64,000 nt of DNA from Felis catus (GCF_018350175.1 NC_058368.1:156118001-156182000), one strand, 5' to 3'; counted from the first letter of the stretch, positions 25,743-40,121 are shown. Numbers and translations: made by a program. The notes: generated by a model not told the origin, from the sequence alone.

Positions 25743-27559
25743 CTGTTCTTTTTAAAGAGATGATGTAACAGAGTAATCAGCAGGAGACTAAAAATGTCCA
25801 GAAAGAATAAAAAACTGTTAGCACAGTTCCGGAAGGACACCATGACTCACAACATGTGACTAAGTCCTAATGGCAGGCACAGCTTCATGGAGGGATGGCC
25901 TACTTCTACTCCCCAAACAAACTGCTTTGTTGTGACCTAGGTTCTGATGTCAATTCACCTAGAGGGAGGGGATTGCCAGATCTGCTTGAAGCTGTATTTT
26001 TCACTGTACGTAACCAAAATGAAGCTCTGGATTTTGCAAAAGACTCTTGTGAGCTTGGTTAGTGTGAGTCAATATTCCTTATAGGAAATGAAATTGTCAG
26101 ACTTTCAAAGCTACAGACCAGATGACAAATAAAGTGGAAATACCAATAAAATCATGTCCTTCCCAAGGGATCAGCTGGTCCTCTAGCAGCGGGGCAATGA
26201 CAAAACACTTGCAAATACAATTGAAATAACTCAAATAGTTCTTACATAAAGCATTTTCTTATACAGACTAAGAAAAAGGAAGCTTTTAAAAAGTGCCAAA
26301 ACCTTTCCATTTTTGTAGGTTTTTCATATTTAAAAATAATAATTAACATAAATGTTGTGATGAGGCAATCGGGCGGGAGTCAATGCTCTTTGAGGACAGG
26401 GCCCCCCTCTAACCCAGTGCTAGATGCCATCTCTCATGATAAATCCTGTACCAAAAGACACACTAGTCACACCATCTGCTGCCTCCAGGGAGATAAGTTG
26501 CACATTTCAAAGTATGGCAACATTCCACCATAGCATAATGAAGAAAATGGAAAACATATTAGCAAACTGAACACTTTGGGGAAATTTCATTTTCAAATTG
26601 TGTGCTGTTTTGCTTTTAAAGAAGTAAAATTATTAAATAAAATGTGTGAGAGGAAGCAAATATTCTCCCTTGTAGCAAAATTACGAATGTTTTTACTTTG
26701 TGAAAAATAACATTATTTCCAACGAATGCATTAAAATCACACATATAATCCACATTCACAGAGTTGTTACGAACAAACATCTATAGCTGACGTGCACGTA
26801 CTTTTGCTGAAATCAAATTGCAATCCTAAAATTTGTTAGATGATTTGCTAAATGAGAAAAATCAGCAATTAATCGAGAAACAATTCCACTTAATTTCTTC
26901 CCCAGAAACCCTCTGGGATCTAGAAATACAGTTGAAGCCATGTCAGACCAGCCAGTTCACAGCAACAAACATGAACGTGCTGACTTGGAAGCGTCACTAC
27001 CTCTCTTGGGCGTTTCCACCACTGAAATTCTACCATCCACGGAAAAACTGAAGCACCGAAGAACAGAACGTGCAGCCTCAGTACAAGTTGCAAGTACACT
27101 GAGAGATTAAGAGCAAGACAAATCAGGTGCCCCTCTCCTACTTGACCAAGGCCAGTATTAAACTAGCACATCTTGTCTGAAGAGCCATCAATCATGTACC
27201 AAGAGTAGCCCTCACAAAGGTACATCTCATCCAAGCCGTATAAATATAAAGCAAATAGAATTTTAGTGACAGACTACAAGGCCATTTGATCTATGAATTA
27301 CACAAGCTCTGCAATTGCTTACACATGCCTGGAAACCTTCAGGGTCAGATGAGGCCAAGGATTCAAAAGGAAGATTCTGTAGCTGTTAATATTCTCCACG
27401 TATAAGCCTAAATAGGACGGTTGTCCCCTTCTCCCCATACCACCCCTCACTCAGTTCAACATCTGACTTTGTCCTAAGCAGCCCCCCATTCATCGTGCCT
27501 GTATGTTGTGGACAGAGCAGATTTGCCAATGAAAAATGCAGTGAAGAGACCATGACTCT

Positions 27560-27910
27560 AGCCAAAATAACCTGGAAGCAGCATACTCTCTCTCTCATGG
27601 TGTGTTACCATCTACCTCAAACCCTTTGTCTAGATTGCCTCTCATGTTGGCTACCTGGCTGACTCATGTTCAGCTTAAGTGTCACCACGTCCTGGGCATA
27701 TTTCCCGACTGGTCCAGCATTCATGTCAGATCTGCAATCTTCCACTGTATGTCTATGGTAACTTGCATGAACCTCTAGTATAGCTATAGCCACTGATTTT
27801 TCAGTCTGTCTTCTCCACTGGATTCTGAATTCCTTGACAGCAGGGGCTGTGTCTGGCTCATTTCTTTATCTGCCGTGCCTAGAATGTTTGATGGATGGAT
27901 GAATGAACAA
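27560..27910 (+). mobile_element. L2 3' end remnant
   Basis: ttccttgacagcaggggctgtgtct...gtgcctagaa...gatgaatgaa terminus. Confidence 0.65.
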
Positions 27911-29769
27911 ACAGTCACAGATCCATCTATTTACTCAAAGTCTTGCTGGACTGAATAATGGGATAGAAGTATTCTTACAATCAACACAGTGTATTCTGTG
28001 GGTTACATAATACCTGGCTTTCATATGCTGGTAAATGTATTATTCTCTATATAATAAAGTAACAGGAGTCTGGGTTGTCCTTTATACAAAGTTACCTGTT
28101 TGCAGAGAGTCCTGACTATCTTTAAGTCCTTTAGAGAGCTGACTGTTGAAATGGACAAGTAGATGTTCATCACTGGCTTTGGGCTAAGTCAGATGCACAA
28201 ATGCAGCAAAGACATAATCCTGATGAAAAGAGCTTACTGGGCAAGTGACACAGGTAAACAACAAAAACTTAATCAGGTTACTGACTCCTTTCCAAAGAGA
28301 GACCAATTCTCTCATCTAAGGACTCTTTTTATAGGTTTTAATTGATTAACTTGGAGTTAACAATTATTTGACAAGAAGAGAATCACAAGCTCCCGTTCTG
28401 GGTCAATCACTAAATCACTAAAAGCTACTCTTTGTAGCTTTAAAACATTTCATTTTATAGAAAACTAAAATATTCCCTTTTTGCCTTCTATTTTTCTGAG
28501 TCACAACATTCATCCTGATATTTTTTCTTCCAAAATTCTATTCAGAATGATGACTGAATGCTCGAAGGGTATTTTAAGATTTAAATGAGAGACAAGGACA
28601 GATTTGTTACCTCAGGTGGGTGGAATTATAAGGTACATGGTGAGGCAGAGCAAGAGATTAGTGACTTTTACTTTCCACAATGCCCATATTATTTCACTTC
28701 TCCTGAGCATACATGTAATTTAAAATAGTTTCATAAAGGTTTTAAATAAATGAATTAACAAAGCCTCTTTCTGTTGGTGATCCTCTCCCTACCTCAGAAA
28801 GGCCTAAAAGCAAATGAAAGTCATTCCAGAACAGTAAATTGAGACCAGCAGCCAAAAAGAAGGAACAGCACAGCGGCATGCCTGAACATTGTGCTTTATG
28901 GTGTAAGTGTCAAGGGAGAAGAGAGCCCTAGTGGCTTGCTTCCCTGGTGCTGGCTACCTATCTGAGGTGACAACCAAAAACTGGTGAACATTAGAGAGTA
29001 GCATATGCTGAACATTAACATGTATAACTGTCCATAAATGCCCTGAGAATTTGGAAAATGGGGCATTTTTGAGATCTCTGTGTCTGGAGATGGGCTTGAT
29101 GGTGGACCCAAGTGGGTCAAGGACAGACTTGGAAGATGAGCCAAGGGAGCAAAAGAGACAAACCCAGGCAAAGGGGTACGCATCGCTGACACAGATACCA
29201 GGAAACGCTCAAGTTTGCAACAGTCATTCTCATATTCCAGCTCTATCAGTCTTCTCCTCTGGAGCCTCCAGTCTACCAATGACCTGAGGTGAAGTTGAGT
29301 CCTGGTCAGGCAATGGTGAAGGGTCTCTGTCTCTGAGAACAGATGTCCAGACCAAATTTTGCCATGGATGCCGGAGCCCTCAACTTGGACCCCATCTCTA
29401 GATCCTGATTTCTGAATAACTCAAAATCCACAGCTGAAAACAAGATCTGGTACACATATTTTGTGTGTTCATTGATTAGTTGTTAAATATTGGCCCTTTC
29501 TGGTCACACCTGTTCTGCCTTAGACTCACGAATGACCAGCATCAGCTTCCCGAGCTTCTATTCTGCCTTGAACCCAGACCATGCATCACACAGCCAACAC
29601 CTAATAAAAAGTTCTCTAGACATCTCGTTTCCCATTTCTGCTTTTTCTCCTCAGTCCTCCCTTCTCTCATTTCGCAATTATCAAGATGCTTGGGTTGTGC
29701 CTTACTATTTATCCCTGGCCATATGTTTATCCTTACACCTTACCCTGGCCTGTGCAAAGAAGAGGACGA

Positions 29770-29962
29770 AATAATAGCTAAAAATAATTATAACTTTTAT
29801 AGAGCATAACCTGTGCTCCAGGCTTTGTGCTAAAAGGTTGCTGGGATTAATTGCTTTGAACTGCCCATTCAATAAGAAAGGTGCTGCATGCAGTCAAGAA
29901 AAAGGAAATTAAAATCAAGTGGTAGAGAGAGATTTGAACCACAGGTTGCCATACTCCAGAGT
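29770..29962 (-). mobile_element. MIR remnant
   Basis: aataatagcta...tgtgctccaggctttgtgcta...gatttgaacc...actccagag. Confidence 0.55.
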
Positions 29963-31009
29963 GGGCAAAAGGAATTGTGGGTCTGTTATAAAAAAGGGAT
30001 TTGTGAATGGAAAGACCAGATGAAGGAGGCTTTGAAATTGGGGCTAAGGAGTTTGGTTTTGGTGTGTAGGCGATGTGGAGCCACCGTAAACTTCGCAGTG
30101 GAATATATTTCTGTATATTTCATTCTAGCTTTTATCTCTTTGAATATTTGGTAATTTGTAATACAAGTTTGCCTGTGTCCTTTTGTTTACCACTTTTATT
30201 CTATCAGCATCAGTAACTCATGTATATATATACATGGCAGTGTAACATGGAAAAACAAACCAAACCAAGAATCTGGAATGGCTAGCTAAATTGTGCTGTG
30301 GTAATTTGGCATAATGCTAAGTTATTCAAAATAAAAATCATGTCTTTGCATTGATGAATGGCAAAAAAAAAAAAGTTTGGTGAAAATGTAGAACCCACAA
30401 TGATAAGTATAGATCCCCCCTTGTGAGGTGCAAAAGGATGTCTTTGTTATGTACATATAAAGGTCACTAGGAGAAAAGAAGAGCTGAATCAAGGTGGTGG
30501 CATTAAATTATAAACATATTACTTCTGTGTTCCAAAAATGTGAATGCTATCTTCAATTGGTTTTTATAATAATAGAAAAACTTAAAGAGAAAAACACATT
30601 AATCCAGCAGAGATCAAAGGACTGGAAGTCAAGGAGAGAGTAAGCAGGGGATCTAGCCACCAGTGGATGGGGCACTGGATTTCAAGAGTGGCAGTGCTGG
30701 GGGACAGAAAGTAACGGTGTGAGAAATTTTCAGAGGGAAAGCACTGTGTCTAACAGAATGCAGATGAAGGGAGATGGAAACTTCGTAAAGTCATTCAAGA
30801 TTTCTAGGCTGGGGCTGGAAAAATGTTAGTGCCACGAGTGGAAATCACACAACTCTAAAGAGGAGGCAGTTTCAGATGAAGGTAATTGTGATGTGAGGAT
30901 TTCTATATGAGATGAGAGTTATTACATTAAAATATTATTGCAGTGAAAATGTAAGTGTATGTGACCTAGAATCTCATTGAACAATTTTACAACCAGAGCT
31001 ACAGATGAC

Positions 31010-31220
31010 TCCATGGCATAGATTTACAGGTTCACATTGCTGGGCCTAATCCATTCTGGGATTTGCACTTTTTAGCTAACATAAAATTTTAAAAATAAAA
31101 TAAAATTTGGATGTTTTTACCTAGGTATGCACTCACCTCCATCCCATTGTATTATGTCTTGCCTTCACATATTTATATTATTTGCCCAGGCCTGAAGGCA
31201 TTTGATTTTGAAACCAGGAT
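31010..31220. mobile_element. Possible hAT-Charlie remnant (MER102-like end)
   Basis: Ends gcccaggcctgaaggcatttgattttgaaacc. Confidence 0.35.
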
Positions 31221-31629
31221 AACCCCTCAAAGCCACAGAAGTGAAGGAGTTCATTGCTGAAAAGAGGTTAGGAAAGGATATAGAGTGTTTGAGAATGGGA
31301 GGACCAAGGCTAGGAGGCCTTTAGCAGTATCTGAGGAAAGAATAAATCAGAACAACTGTCTTAAAAGGAATCCCAGAAAGGGCTATAGATGTAACTGGGG
31401 ATGGGGGCGGAGGGAATAATCAATAACAGGGGGGAAAAATCTAAAGAAAATCACAATACTGAAGGGACCTACTCAATGCCAAGAGAAATCAAGGACTCAC
31501 ACAAAGATAGACACGATGTCATTTCAGAATGACAAGAGGTGAAGGGGAAGTGGGGGGTATGACTTAAAAAAAAAAGCATCCAGGGAGACAAAAAGGGGGG
31601 AAAGAGTCCTTTTGGCATCAAATTTCTCA

Positions 31630-32360
31630 TTGGCAGTGTAAAATATAGGCAGATACAATTTCTTTATAAAGTTAAACATAAATGTACTAGACAATCCAGC
31701 ATTCCCACTTCTAGGTATTATCCACATGAAATAAAAGCCTATGTTCATGTAAAAACCTGCACACAAATGGTTATAGAGACTACCCATAATCACCAATACT
31801 GTGAACAATCCAAATGTCCCTTAACAGGTAAATGGATCAACAAACAATGGAACATTCATACAATGGACTACTACTATTCTACAGTAAGAAGAACAATTGG
31901 AAGAATTTCAAATGCATCACGCTGAGTAAAAGGAGATAGATTGAAAAACCAACATAGTATATAATTCTATTACTATACCTTCCTGAAAGAAAAAAACCAC
32001 ACAGAGAACAGATCAGTGATTGCCAGGGATTGAGACAGGGAAGAAACTGACTACAGAGGGTCAGTGCAAGAGAACCTTTTTAAATGATTTTTTTTAATTA
32101 ATGTTTATTTATTTTTGAGAGAGATAGAGTGCAAGCAGGGGAGGGGCAGAGAGAGAGGGAGATACAGAATCCAAAGCAGGCTCGAATTCACCGACTATGA
32201 GATCATGACCTGAGCCAAAGTCGGTTGCTTAACCGATTAAGCCACCCAGGTGCCCCTAAGTGATTTTGCTAGTCATGATTGTTGAACAATTTCATGCATG
32301 TTTCAACTCAAAACTATATACACCACTCGTGAATTTTATTTTATGTAAAATAAAAGTACA
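31630..32360 (+). mobile_element. Old L1 3' end (L1MB/MC-like), interrupted by a SINE
   Basis: ccagcattcccacttctaggtatt...caatccaaatgtcc...agatcagtgattgccaggg...gtgaattttattttatgtaaa. Confidence 0.75.
32092..32256 (-). mobile_element. SINEC_Fc with an internal deletion
   Basis: TSD taa(a/g)tgatttt; the central segment is missing. Confidence 0.88.
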
Positions 32361-33667
32361 TAATATAAACAGTACAAATCATTTAAAAATGGAGGTTGTA
32401 CCATATGACATAAAGGTGGCCAATGGAAGAGCTAAAATGAAATTTTATTAGTAGAGCTTGAAGAGGAGGGGACAGGAGATGGTAGTTCAAATTCTATATC
32501 TTTCATTGCAAGGAATCAATCATATTAAGTTGATAAAGTTTTAACAATTACTGGTGTAGCATATCCCTTAGATGTGTCAACTCAAATAAATAAAAAAAAG
32601 AAATGGCTCAAATGGTTACAAGTGAGTGGGATTTCTGTGACTGAGGAGCTGGGGTGGGGAACTTTCTCTTTCATATCTTCCTGTACTATTTGAAATAATA
32701 CATGTGTATGTATTGCTTATAGTTGATTACAAAAGAAATTTCACAGTTATATTAATACACATATTCTGGACACAAAAACATCTTCATTTAAATTTTTTTT
32801 TCACCAGAGCTCCTATTTTGGGGGAAAAAAATCAGATTTAAGGCTGCCCCTCAGGGCACATAAAGGTGAGAGTCTCATTGACAACATAAGAAAGCACTAT
32901 GGACATCCTAACTAGTTTCACACACAACACAACAGAAAAGTACTGAAATAATAATATCACAAATGTTAAGAAAGTGAACATTATTGTTCACATTTGTTAT
33001 ACTATTTCATTATATTTAGCAAACATTTAAATCTCTCTCATAATTATGTCATAATGAAAATATCTTCAGAGATAATTTCCTGTCTTTACGCTGATGTAGC
33101 AACATAAACAGAGACATTCTATGGTGACCAATAAGCCTAAAAAGCAGTCAGTGGCCTTTTCATCTTCAACCAAAATGAGTCAATGGGTCTATGACAACTA
33201 CTCGTGGATGCACCCATGATGAAACTTTTTGCAGAAAAACATCACAGAGGGTTTGGGTTCTGAAAAGAATTTGACAGGGGAAAGACTTAAAGAAGAGTTA
33301 TTGAAAAAAAGAATGTACTTCATACAAGCAAGTTTTTAATAGCTTTTGATATATTGCAAGAACCCCAAAGTGCCAGTATGTGAATGCATAATTAGGTAGG
33401 CACAAATTCATTACAAAGTGAATTTTGGTTCAACTTGACAAGTGAAAAATTCTCCCATGGCTGCTTTTGAGAAAATTATTATACCTTCCTTTCATCAAAA
33501 TGTTGCCAATTCTGCGTTTCTGTCAATAGCATTTAACCTATTTATTTAGGTAGCCTGTTTTCTGCTTCACTGAATTAATGCAGACCTTCATTTAAATCAC
33601 ATCCCTATTAATTTATACAATACATACACTCTCTCACGTAGGAGAGAACCACTGTTTGCACCCCACT

Positions 33668-34103
33668 ATGGTAGCAATGGAGAAATGCACCACTTACATC
33701 CCTACAGTCATCATGGGGATGAGTGGCCCTCGATGTCATTCCTCAACATCTCCCCTGTGCTCAGGGCATGCTTCCATGTGGACTTTAGCCAGTGTCTGAG
33801 CACAATGGAGGTACGAATGCCAGCCCACGCCTGCAGGACATGAGACTCTTCTAGTGTGTGGACCTTAGCTCGTGGAGTCACATCGGCCTTGTTGAAACCT
33901 TACAACTACCCTCTACCCATGACTCTTTCTACCCCACCCTCCTCCCCTCTCTCCTTTCACAGCTAACAGATCAGCAACTTGGTCTGAAGGTTTATTTGCC
34001 TACCCATCCTCCTCCTCTGTACCCTTCATATGTAGCTCTCCCAGAAAACTTCCTGCATCTCTAATCCTATCTGGCATCTACTTGCAGGATTTAAACTGAC
34101 ACA
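33668..34103 (+). mobile_element. Solo LTR, ERVL class (LTR16-like)
   Basis: Ends tgcatctctaatcctatctggcatctacttgcaggatttaaactgacaCA; internal ccctctctcctttcacag motif. Confidence 0.6.
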
Positions 34104-34252
34104 CTGACTCTGAAGAAAGCGTAAGCTTGGCTCCTCTCCACCTCAAGGATATCTGGGCCACACCATCTTCAAAGAGAATGTATGGTACCTAACTTTTATG
34201 AAAATTAGGAGTAGAGTAAACTGAGCCCTCAAGCTTCCTTGGGAATGTCTTT

Positions 34253-34283
34253 CTTTCTTCCTTTTGGGGAGAGGGGCATAAAG

Positions 34284-34367
<84 letters not shown>

Positions 34368-34493
34368 TCTCAAGCAGCCTCCACACTCAGCGGGAAGCCT
34401 GACACAGGGCTTGATCCCACGACCCTGAGATAATGACCTGAGCTGAAATCCAATAGTTGGATGCTTAACCAAATGAATCACCCCAGGTGCCCC
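34253..34493 (-). mobile_element. Can-SINE with expanded (CA)n(GA)n tract
   Basis: Ends cccaggtgcccc; TSD gaatgtcttt. Confidence 0.9.
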
Positions 34494-34599
34494 ATGAATG
34501 TCTTTTATATGTGTGATGTATATTCTCTTCCTCAGCCTCTAGCCATAGTCTTTAACCTGGCCTTCACTTTTTTGGATTATCCTGTCCCTCGACTTCAGA

Positions 34600-34830
34600 G
34601 AAAAGTGGTCAAGAACGTGGACATGAACAGGAATCCAGGCACCATCACTTAGACCTCTGTGCCTATGGGCCTTAGTTTCCTTGTCAAGAAAACTATAATA
34701 ATACAAAACCTGATAAGGTTATTTATAAGGTTATTGTAAGGATTTACAGTTAAATACGTGTATGCAATTCACTTAAGTTATGCCAGCCAGGTGGCAATTG
34801 ACCTCCAGATTTGCTGTCTTCATTATCATC
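34600..34830 (+). mobile_element. MIR remnant
   Basis: gccttagtttcct...ggttattgtaaggattt...atgcaattcacttaag. Confidence 0.55.
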
Positions 34831-34865
34831 AGATTTACAGTGAATACATAGCTAATTAAAAAAAA

Positions 34866-35148
34866 ATGACCAAAGGGTACAAACTTCCAGTTATAAGATG
34901 AAGATCTAAAGAATGGCATAGAGATTATAGTTGTGACCCTATTATACACTTGGAAGTTGCTTAGCAAGTAGATCTTAAATGTTCCTTCCACAAAAAGGAT
35001 ATGGCAATTATTTGATTGATGGAGGGGTTCATTACCACTATGGTGGTAATCGTTTCACAATACATAAGTGTATCAAATCAACACCTGGTACACCTTAAAC
35101 TTCTACAATGTTATGTATCAAGCGTATCTCAATGAAGCTGGAAAAAAG
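34866..35148 (+). mobile_element. L1 3' end (L1MA9-like)
   Basis: caaagggtacaaacttccagttataagatga...tacaccttaaactt...tatctcaatgaagctggaaaaaa. Confidence 0.8.
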
Positions 35149-37124
35149 AAACTTGATCAGGAATATGATGTAGTCAATAAAGCACCAGATACAGTCTCAG
35201 AAGACTTTGTTTTGAGTTCCAGATGCCATTTATTACCTGTGACCTTAGGAGCGTGATTCAATGTTTTGCAACCTCACTGGTACCTGTCTCTTATTACGTA
35301 GTTGTGGTGAGGGTCAGAGGAGATGTGGCAAAGTACTTTACACGCTACAAAAGACGGTATATAGAAGTTACCAAACAGAAAACAATACACAGGTACCAGT
35401 TTGTTTGGTCCATGTACAGAGGCCCTAACTCCTGAAAATCTTGAGGGTCACAGTGTTAAATTCTTACATCCTAAATACACTTTAGATGTGCTGCTTTGGG
35501 AGTTAAGGATGGGCGGGAAGCCTGCTCCTACTTGAGAACATAGTGGTGATGGGTAGAGAGTCACTGAGTCTGAGGCCTTCCCTTTGGGGGAGGTGGAAAG
35601 AAGAGGGTTTTTTATAGAGAGAGCGAGAACATGAAAAATACCCAGATTTGAATGCCACGGCATATGTAATGTATGTAATGGCTCAGAGGTGTGTTATTTC
35701 TAAAATCAGCTTCCCCCTTTTTTAAACCCATCTCTCCATCACCAGGCAGCCTGCTGCTGCATCAGGAATTTACTGCTGTGAGCAACCATAAACATTGTGC
35801 TAATGGCTGCACTGCCCGAGGACGGACATTGCCGAGTGCAGTGTGTGCAGTTAAAGGCCACAGACGATATTTTCTACTCTCTGCACACCACAGGGCACAC
35901 ACATTATCATCTGATATAGCAGAAAGGTACTTTAATAATTATTATTATTAAAAGCAAACAATCAACTCCACAAATCAACAGCTCTTCTAAAACATGTTTT
36001 CTAATCTCTGTTTCCTCTCAGATGTATGGTTATTGTCCACCTGGAAAGGCCCCAAAGTGATAGCCAGAAATCTGCTGCCACCACCCCTTCTGCTGTTCCT
36101 GCCGTCCTATTTAATTGTGTTTGCTCAACTCGAAGCCAAACTCATATGCAGTATATTTAGATGGTTAAAATAGCATAGCATTCCTCTGTATTCACAGATT
36201 ATTTTCAATGCCACAATTCTTGGGAATTAGTCTGGAATAAATAAGGTAAAGCTACATAAATTTGTTCCAGTGACAAAGAAAACAATATCAAAATGGCAAT
36301 CTGGAGATTCGCCATGAATGAAGGAATATACAGTGTCCCTCCTGGTGAACTCTCCTGCAAATGCAATCACCGTCTCATTCGCTAGTCTGGATTTATTTTA
36401 AAGTGAGTGAGAAAGAAAGCGAGGAACTAATAGTAAGAAACGGATTCAAAAGATCAATGTACAATCACTGTACTTACTCTTACATAGCATTAGAGGTAAA
36501 GGCGTAGAACTGATATATATGTTGATTTTCTGAACCTCGGAGGAGCCTTTTTTCCCCCGCAATGGCAAATTTTTTAAATTGAAAAACATCTATCATTAAT
36601 ATATATTCGGGATCTCTCTCTGAGGTCTCAGCGACTACATTTTTTTTTTCAAATGCCTTGAACATCGCAAATTTACAAAGGCTTGGTTAGATACTTCTGT
36701 CAGCTAACACTACCTTAAATTTTTCAACTTGTGTTTTTAGTATCATTTAATGAATACAAACCCTATCATCCAAATGTCATAAGGTTTCTGAATCGCGGAA
36801 TAAAGAACGGACCTTGTTGCTGAACAGGTTATGACTTGAACTGGATCAATTAATTAAAAATAAAGACCAGTGTTCCATGCTTTTAATCTGAGCCCAATGT
36901 CGCATAATAATAAAAACAGGCATTTTAAACACACAGAGTTTAACCAGATTTTCAGCTGAATTTGGAAAATGAAGAGAATGATCATGCAGCTCGATAATTT
37001 TTTTACTTGAGATCTTCCAGAATATACTTCTCATATCTACATGACTATTGATCCAAACTCACATTTAGAGAATGCCAACTCTGTGCTCATCTGTCAGGAG
37101 CCGACTTTTCCCCTGTATTCTTAT

Positions 37125-37620
37125 TCCTCATTTGTCTGTTAACTAATTCAACAAATATTACTCAAAATCTATTGTGCGTCCAATCCGATAGCCGTTCTAG
37201 GTACTGTAGACACAGTGTGAGTAAAACAGGTAAGGTGCTATTCTCATGGAGTTTATATTCTACCCGGGGCGGGGAGGGCAGGAATGGAGGGGGCAGGATT
37301 AGGAGACAACCAACAGAAAGTAAGAGTTCAGATACTGATAACTCAAGAAAGCACAGTAGAATACAATGCTAGGGTGACCTGGAGGGTACCTTTCGGTGGG
37401 AGAAAAGGAAAGGCTTCTCTGAGGAGGTAACATGTACCTCAGATGGACAACCTGGCAGCTACCATGTGAAGAGCTGAGGGAACTGCGAGTACAGAGACCC
37501 TGAAACAATAAAGAGCTTGGAGAATCCCCACAATAGGAAGAAGACAATGAACTCAGAACATCATGAATTGGGAGAAGTGCTTTGAGATGAGGCCTGACAG
37601 TGAACAGAGGGCACATCCCT
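37125..37620 (-). mobile_element. L2 remnant
   Basis: attcaacaaatatt...ctctcatggagtttatattcta-like segment...aggcttctctgaggaggtaaca. Confidence 0.65.
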
Positions 37621-38352
37621 ACCAAGTTCTCAGGTAGTCACTTTAAGATTGGTTCTGCCTTTGGAATCATCGCAGAGCCAGCCTGTGGAACAAATAACCA
37701 GTATTGTCTCAGATCCAGATACAGCTGGCGCCACGCATCTCCTTTCTTCCTATGTCTGAACTGTCCTTCACACGGTCATCTCTTGAGTATCTCCTAAGTG
37801 ACTCATGTGGCTTTTAGACACCCTGCTTCTTGCCCATTTTGTCACTGTTTGTCTTCCAAAGCCATGATGGAGGTCTGGTTCACTCCAGGCTTGGGGCCTT
37901 TAGAGAGTAAGTCCATGGATGGTCTGCTTATGATATTAAATTTGAAGACCAGGCACAAAAGAATTTAGAAGGTGAATATAAAGGATTCCCTGCTCCTCAA
38001 CTTTTTTCAAATTTTTGCATTTGTGTTCACTCTTCTTTGTACCATTATGTCCTCAGATAATAACTGCCGTCCCATATATACACTTGACCAAAGTGCATAG
38101 ATTAGTATAAACCTACTACCAATTAAAGACAGAAAAAGAAAACAAGTTTAATTGCTGAGTTTGAAAAAAAAGAATTCAGCATATTCAGCCGAACTACTAT
38201 AGGTAGTTCACAATAGTATGTAAAAGTATCACTTTACGGATGTAGGATAAAATTCATAAATCTCATTCTAAAGCTCAGTGTTCTGTGGTCTCACTTTCAA
38301 ATGCATATTTTCAAATAGCCATGTTGTCAACACTTCAGGGTACCATTTAAAA

Positions 38353-38433
38353 AATAAATTAATAATAATAATAAAAATAAAAATAATAAATAGTAATAAT
38401 AAATAATAAATAATAATAAATAAAAAATAAAAA
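38353..38433. repeat. A-rich low-complexity (AAT/AAAAT)n tract
   Basis: Directly visible. Confidence 0.9.
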
Positions 38434-40117
38434 TTCCCTTTAAGGTAGATCAATTATACTCGTAGCTTGCACTATGTAGTAGTTTGGAGTAGAATGCCTT
38501 TCACAGCATTCTTTAAGTTCCAAGGTTCTTTAATAAAGTGATAGTCTAGCTGTTTCTATTAAAGATTCATGACCCTTTTCCAATAAAACTGTTTTGACCT
38601 GTTACTTCTGGCTAAATTTGTGGGAGTTCTATTTTCTCACTCTTGCACATGCTATCTCAGGGAAATAGACTTTAATAGCTATTGTCCTAATTGAAGTGTA
38701 TCTAAAGTTGTTAAACAAAAATAACAACATGCAATTTTGTTAAAAACACAAATTCACTTCAAAGTGAACATTATACATAGCAAATGCAGAAAGGTTTGAA
38801 GGGTGTGTTGCCCCCAGAGCACCATTTAGTGGACTGGAAGCACCAATTCACAGCTGAAAACACTCATTAAGATAGAATACAGTTAGTCAGCAAAGGCTCA
38901 AAACTTTACAGACAGCAGGGAAAAACTGAGTTATCTTTCCTAGTTTGTTCCCAGACATTTAACATTATGTAAACATCACACAACCATAGATTCAACAAAG
39001 ACCTGGTGTCTCCTCTACCACCCCACCTCCCATCTCCCAAGCAACTTTGGGAGATGCTAGGAGCCACTCCAGGGGACTTGTGCATGAACAGAGTGCATTT
39101 TCAACTACTGCCTGCCAGGTGGTAAGCTTGCTGGGAGAAGGCTGTCCTTGATGGGAAAGCTAGATGGTTCAGCTTTGTACATGATGGGCAGGAGAGCTTC
39201 CTTCAGGGGTGAAATATTAGAAATACCATCGCAACCACACATTTAAGCTCCAGCTTTCACTGGCAATAAAGCTGCCCTTTTTAAACCTCCACTTAAGAAA
39301 TTATGGGAAATCCTGGTTATCTCTCCCTCCTGATATTTTCATATATATACCCAGATTTGTCAAGGATGATTTGACTATTCTGTCATTGCTAGCAGGAAAC
39401 AATATATATTTAATATTTGTATCAAAAAGATATGAACATTCTACATCACAAAGATTCTATACAAAATAATTCTCATACTGAACTACAAGCAAACAAATGA
39501 TGCTTGAATTTAAAAAGTTGCACACATATGTAGCTTATGTGAAAATGTCATACTTGATAGAGAAATCCAATTTTTAAAGATAACACCTTACAGTTTTCAC
39601 CAAAGACTTTAAAGTATTTTAAAATCTATGTTAATTGATCCAAAATAAAAGGAAATGTTTATACTTTTCTGCAAAATAAATTACGTGTGTAGGTTCCCAG
39701 GCTGAAATCACGTTATCATTTTATTGGATTGTCCTGGGGTGTGCGTGTGTGTGTGTGTTTATGTGTGTGTAAAATAATATGCAACTGAAGCTTTAGCAAG
39801 AAAGTGCCAAAATAACTGGCTTCAAAGCAAAAAATTCCATCATGACAGTTTTACTTACATGTTTCCCCTGATGAGACTGGTTGATTTGGCTTGGCATTTT
39901 GTACGCATTCATTAAATTATTGTAAACAAATATATAGTATTCTAATGACACTCAAATTGGTAACTTTTGGTGTGTACAATGTTGTGCTATTGTATTTACA
40001 AATTCAAAAATATTGGAAATTCAGACTAAAACCAACTCATTTCATCTCAGAAAAAATTTTGTACTGCCTTTTGTAAATGCTTACTATGGAAAAACAGCAT
40101 TTACAAAGTATACTTGA

Positions 40118-40121
<4 letters not shown>

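Noticed and set aside
28896..29809. GC-richer segment with several overlapping 78-127 aa ORFs
   Set aside because: No recognisable protein similarity or splice-consistent structure. It may be a decayed LTR, but I could not assign termini, a TSD or a family.
36331..36350. CTCF-like sequence here and at about 26180-26197
   Set aside because: Both need a gap in the core to fit the consensus, so the match is too weak.
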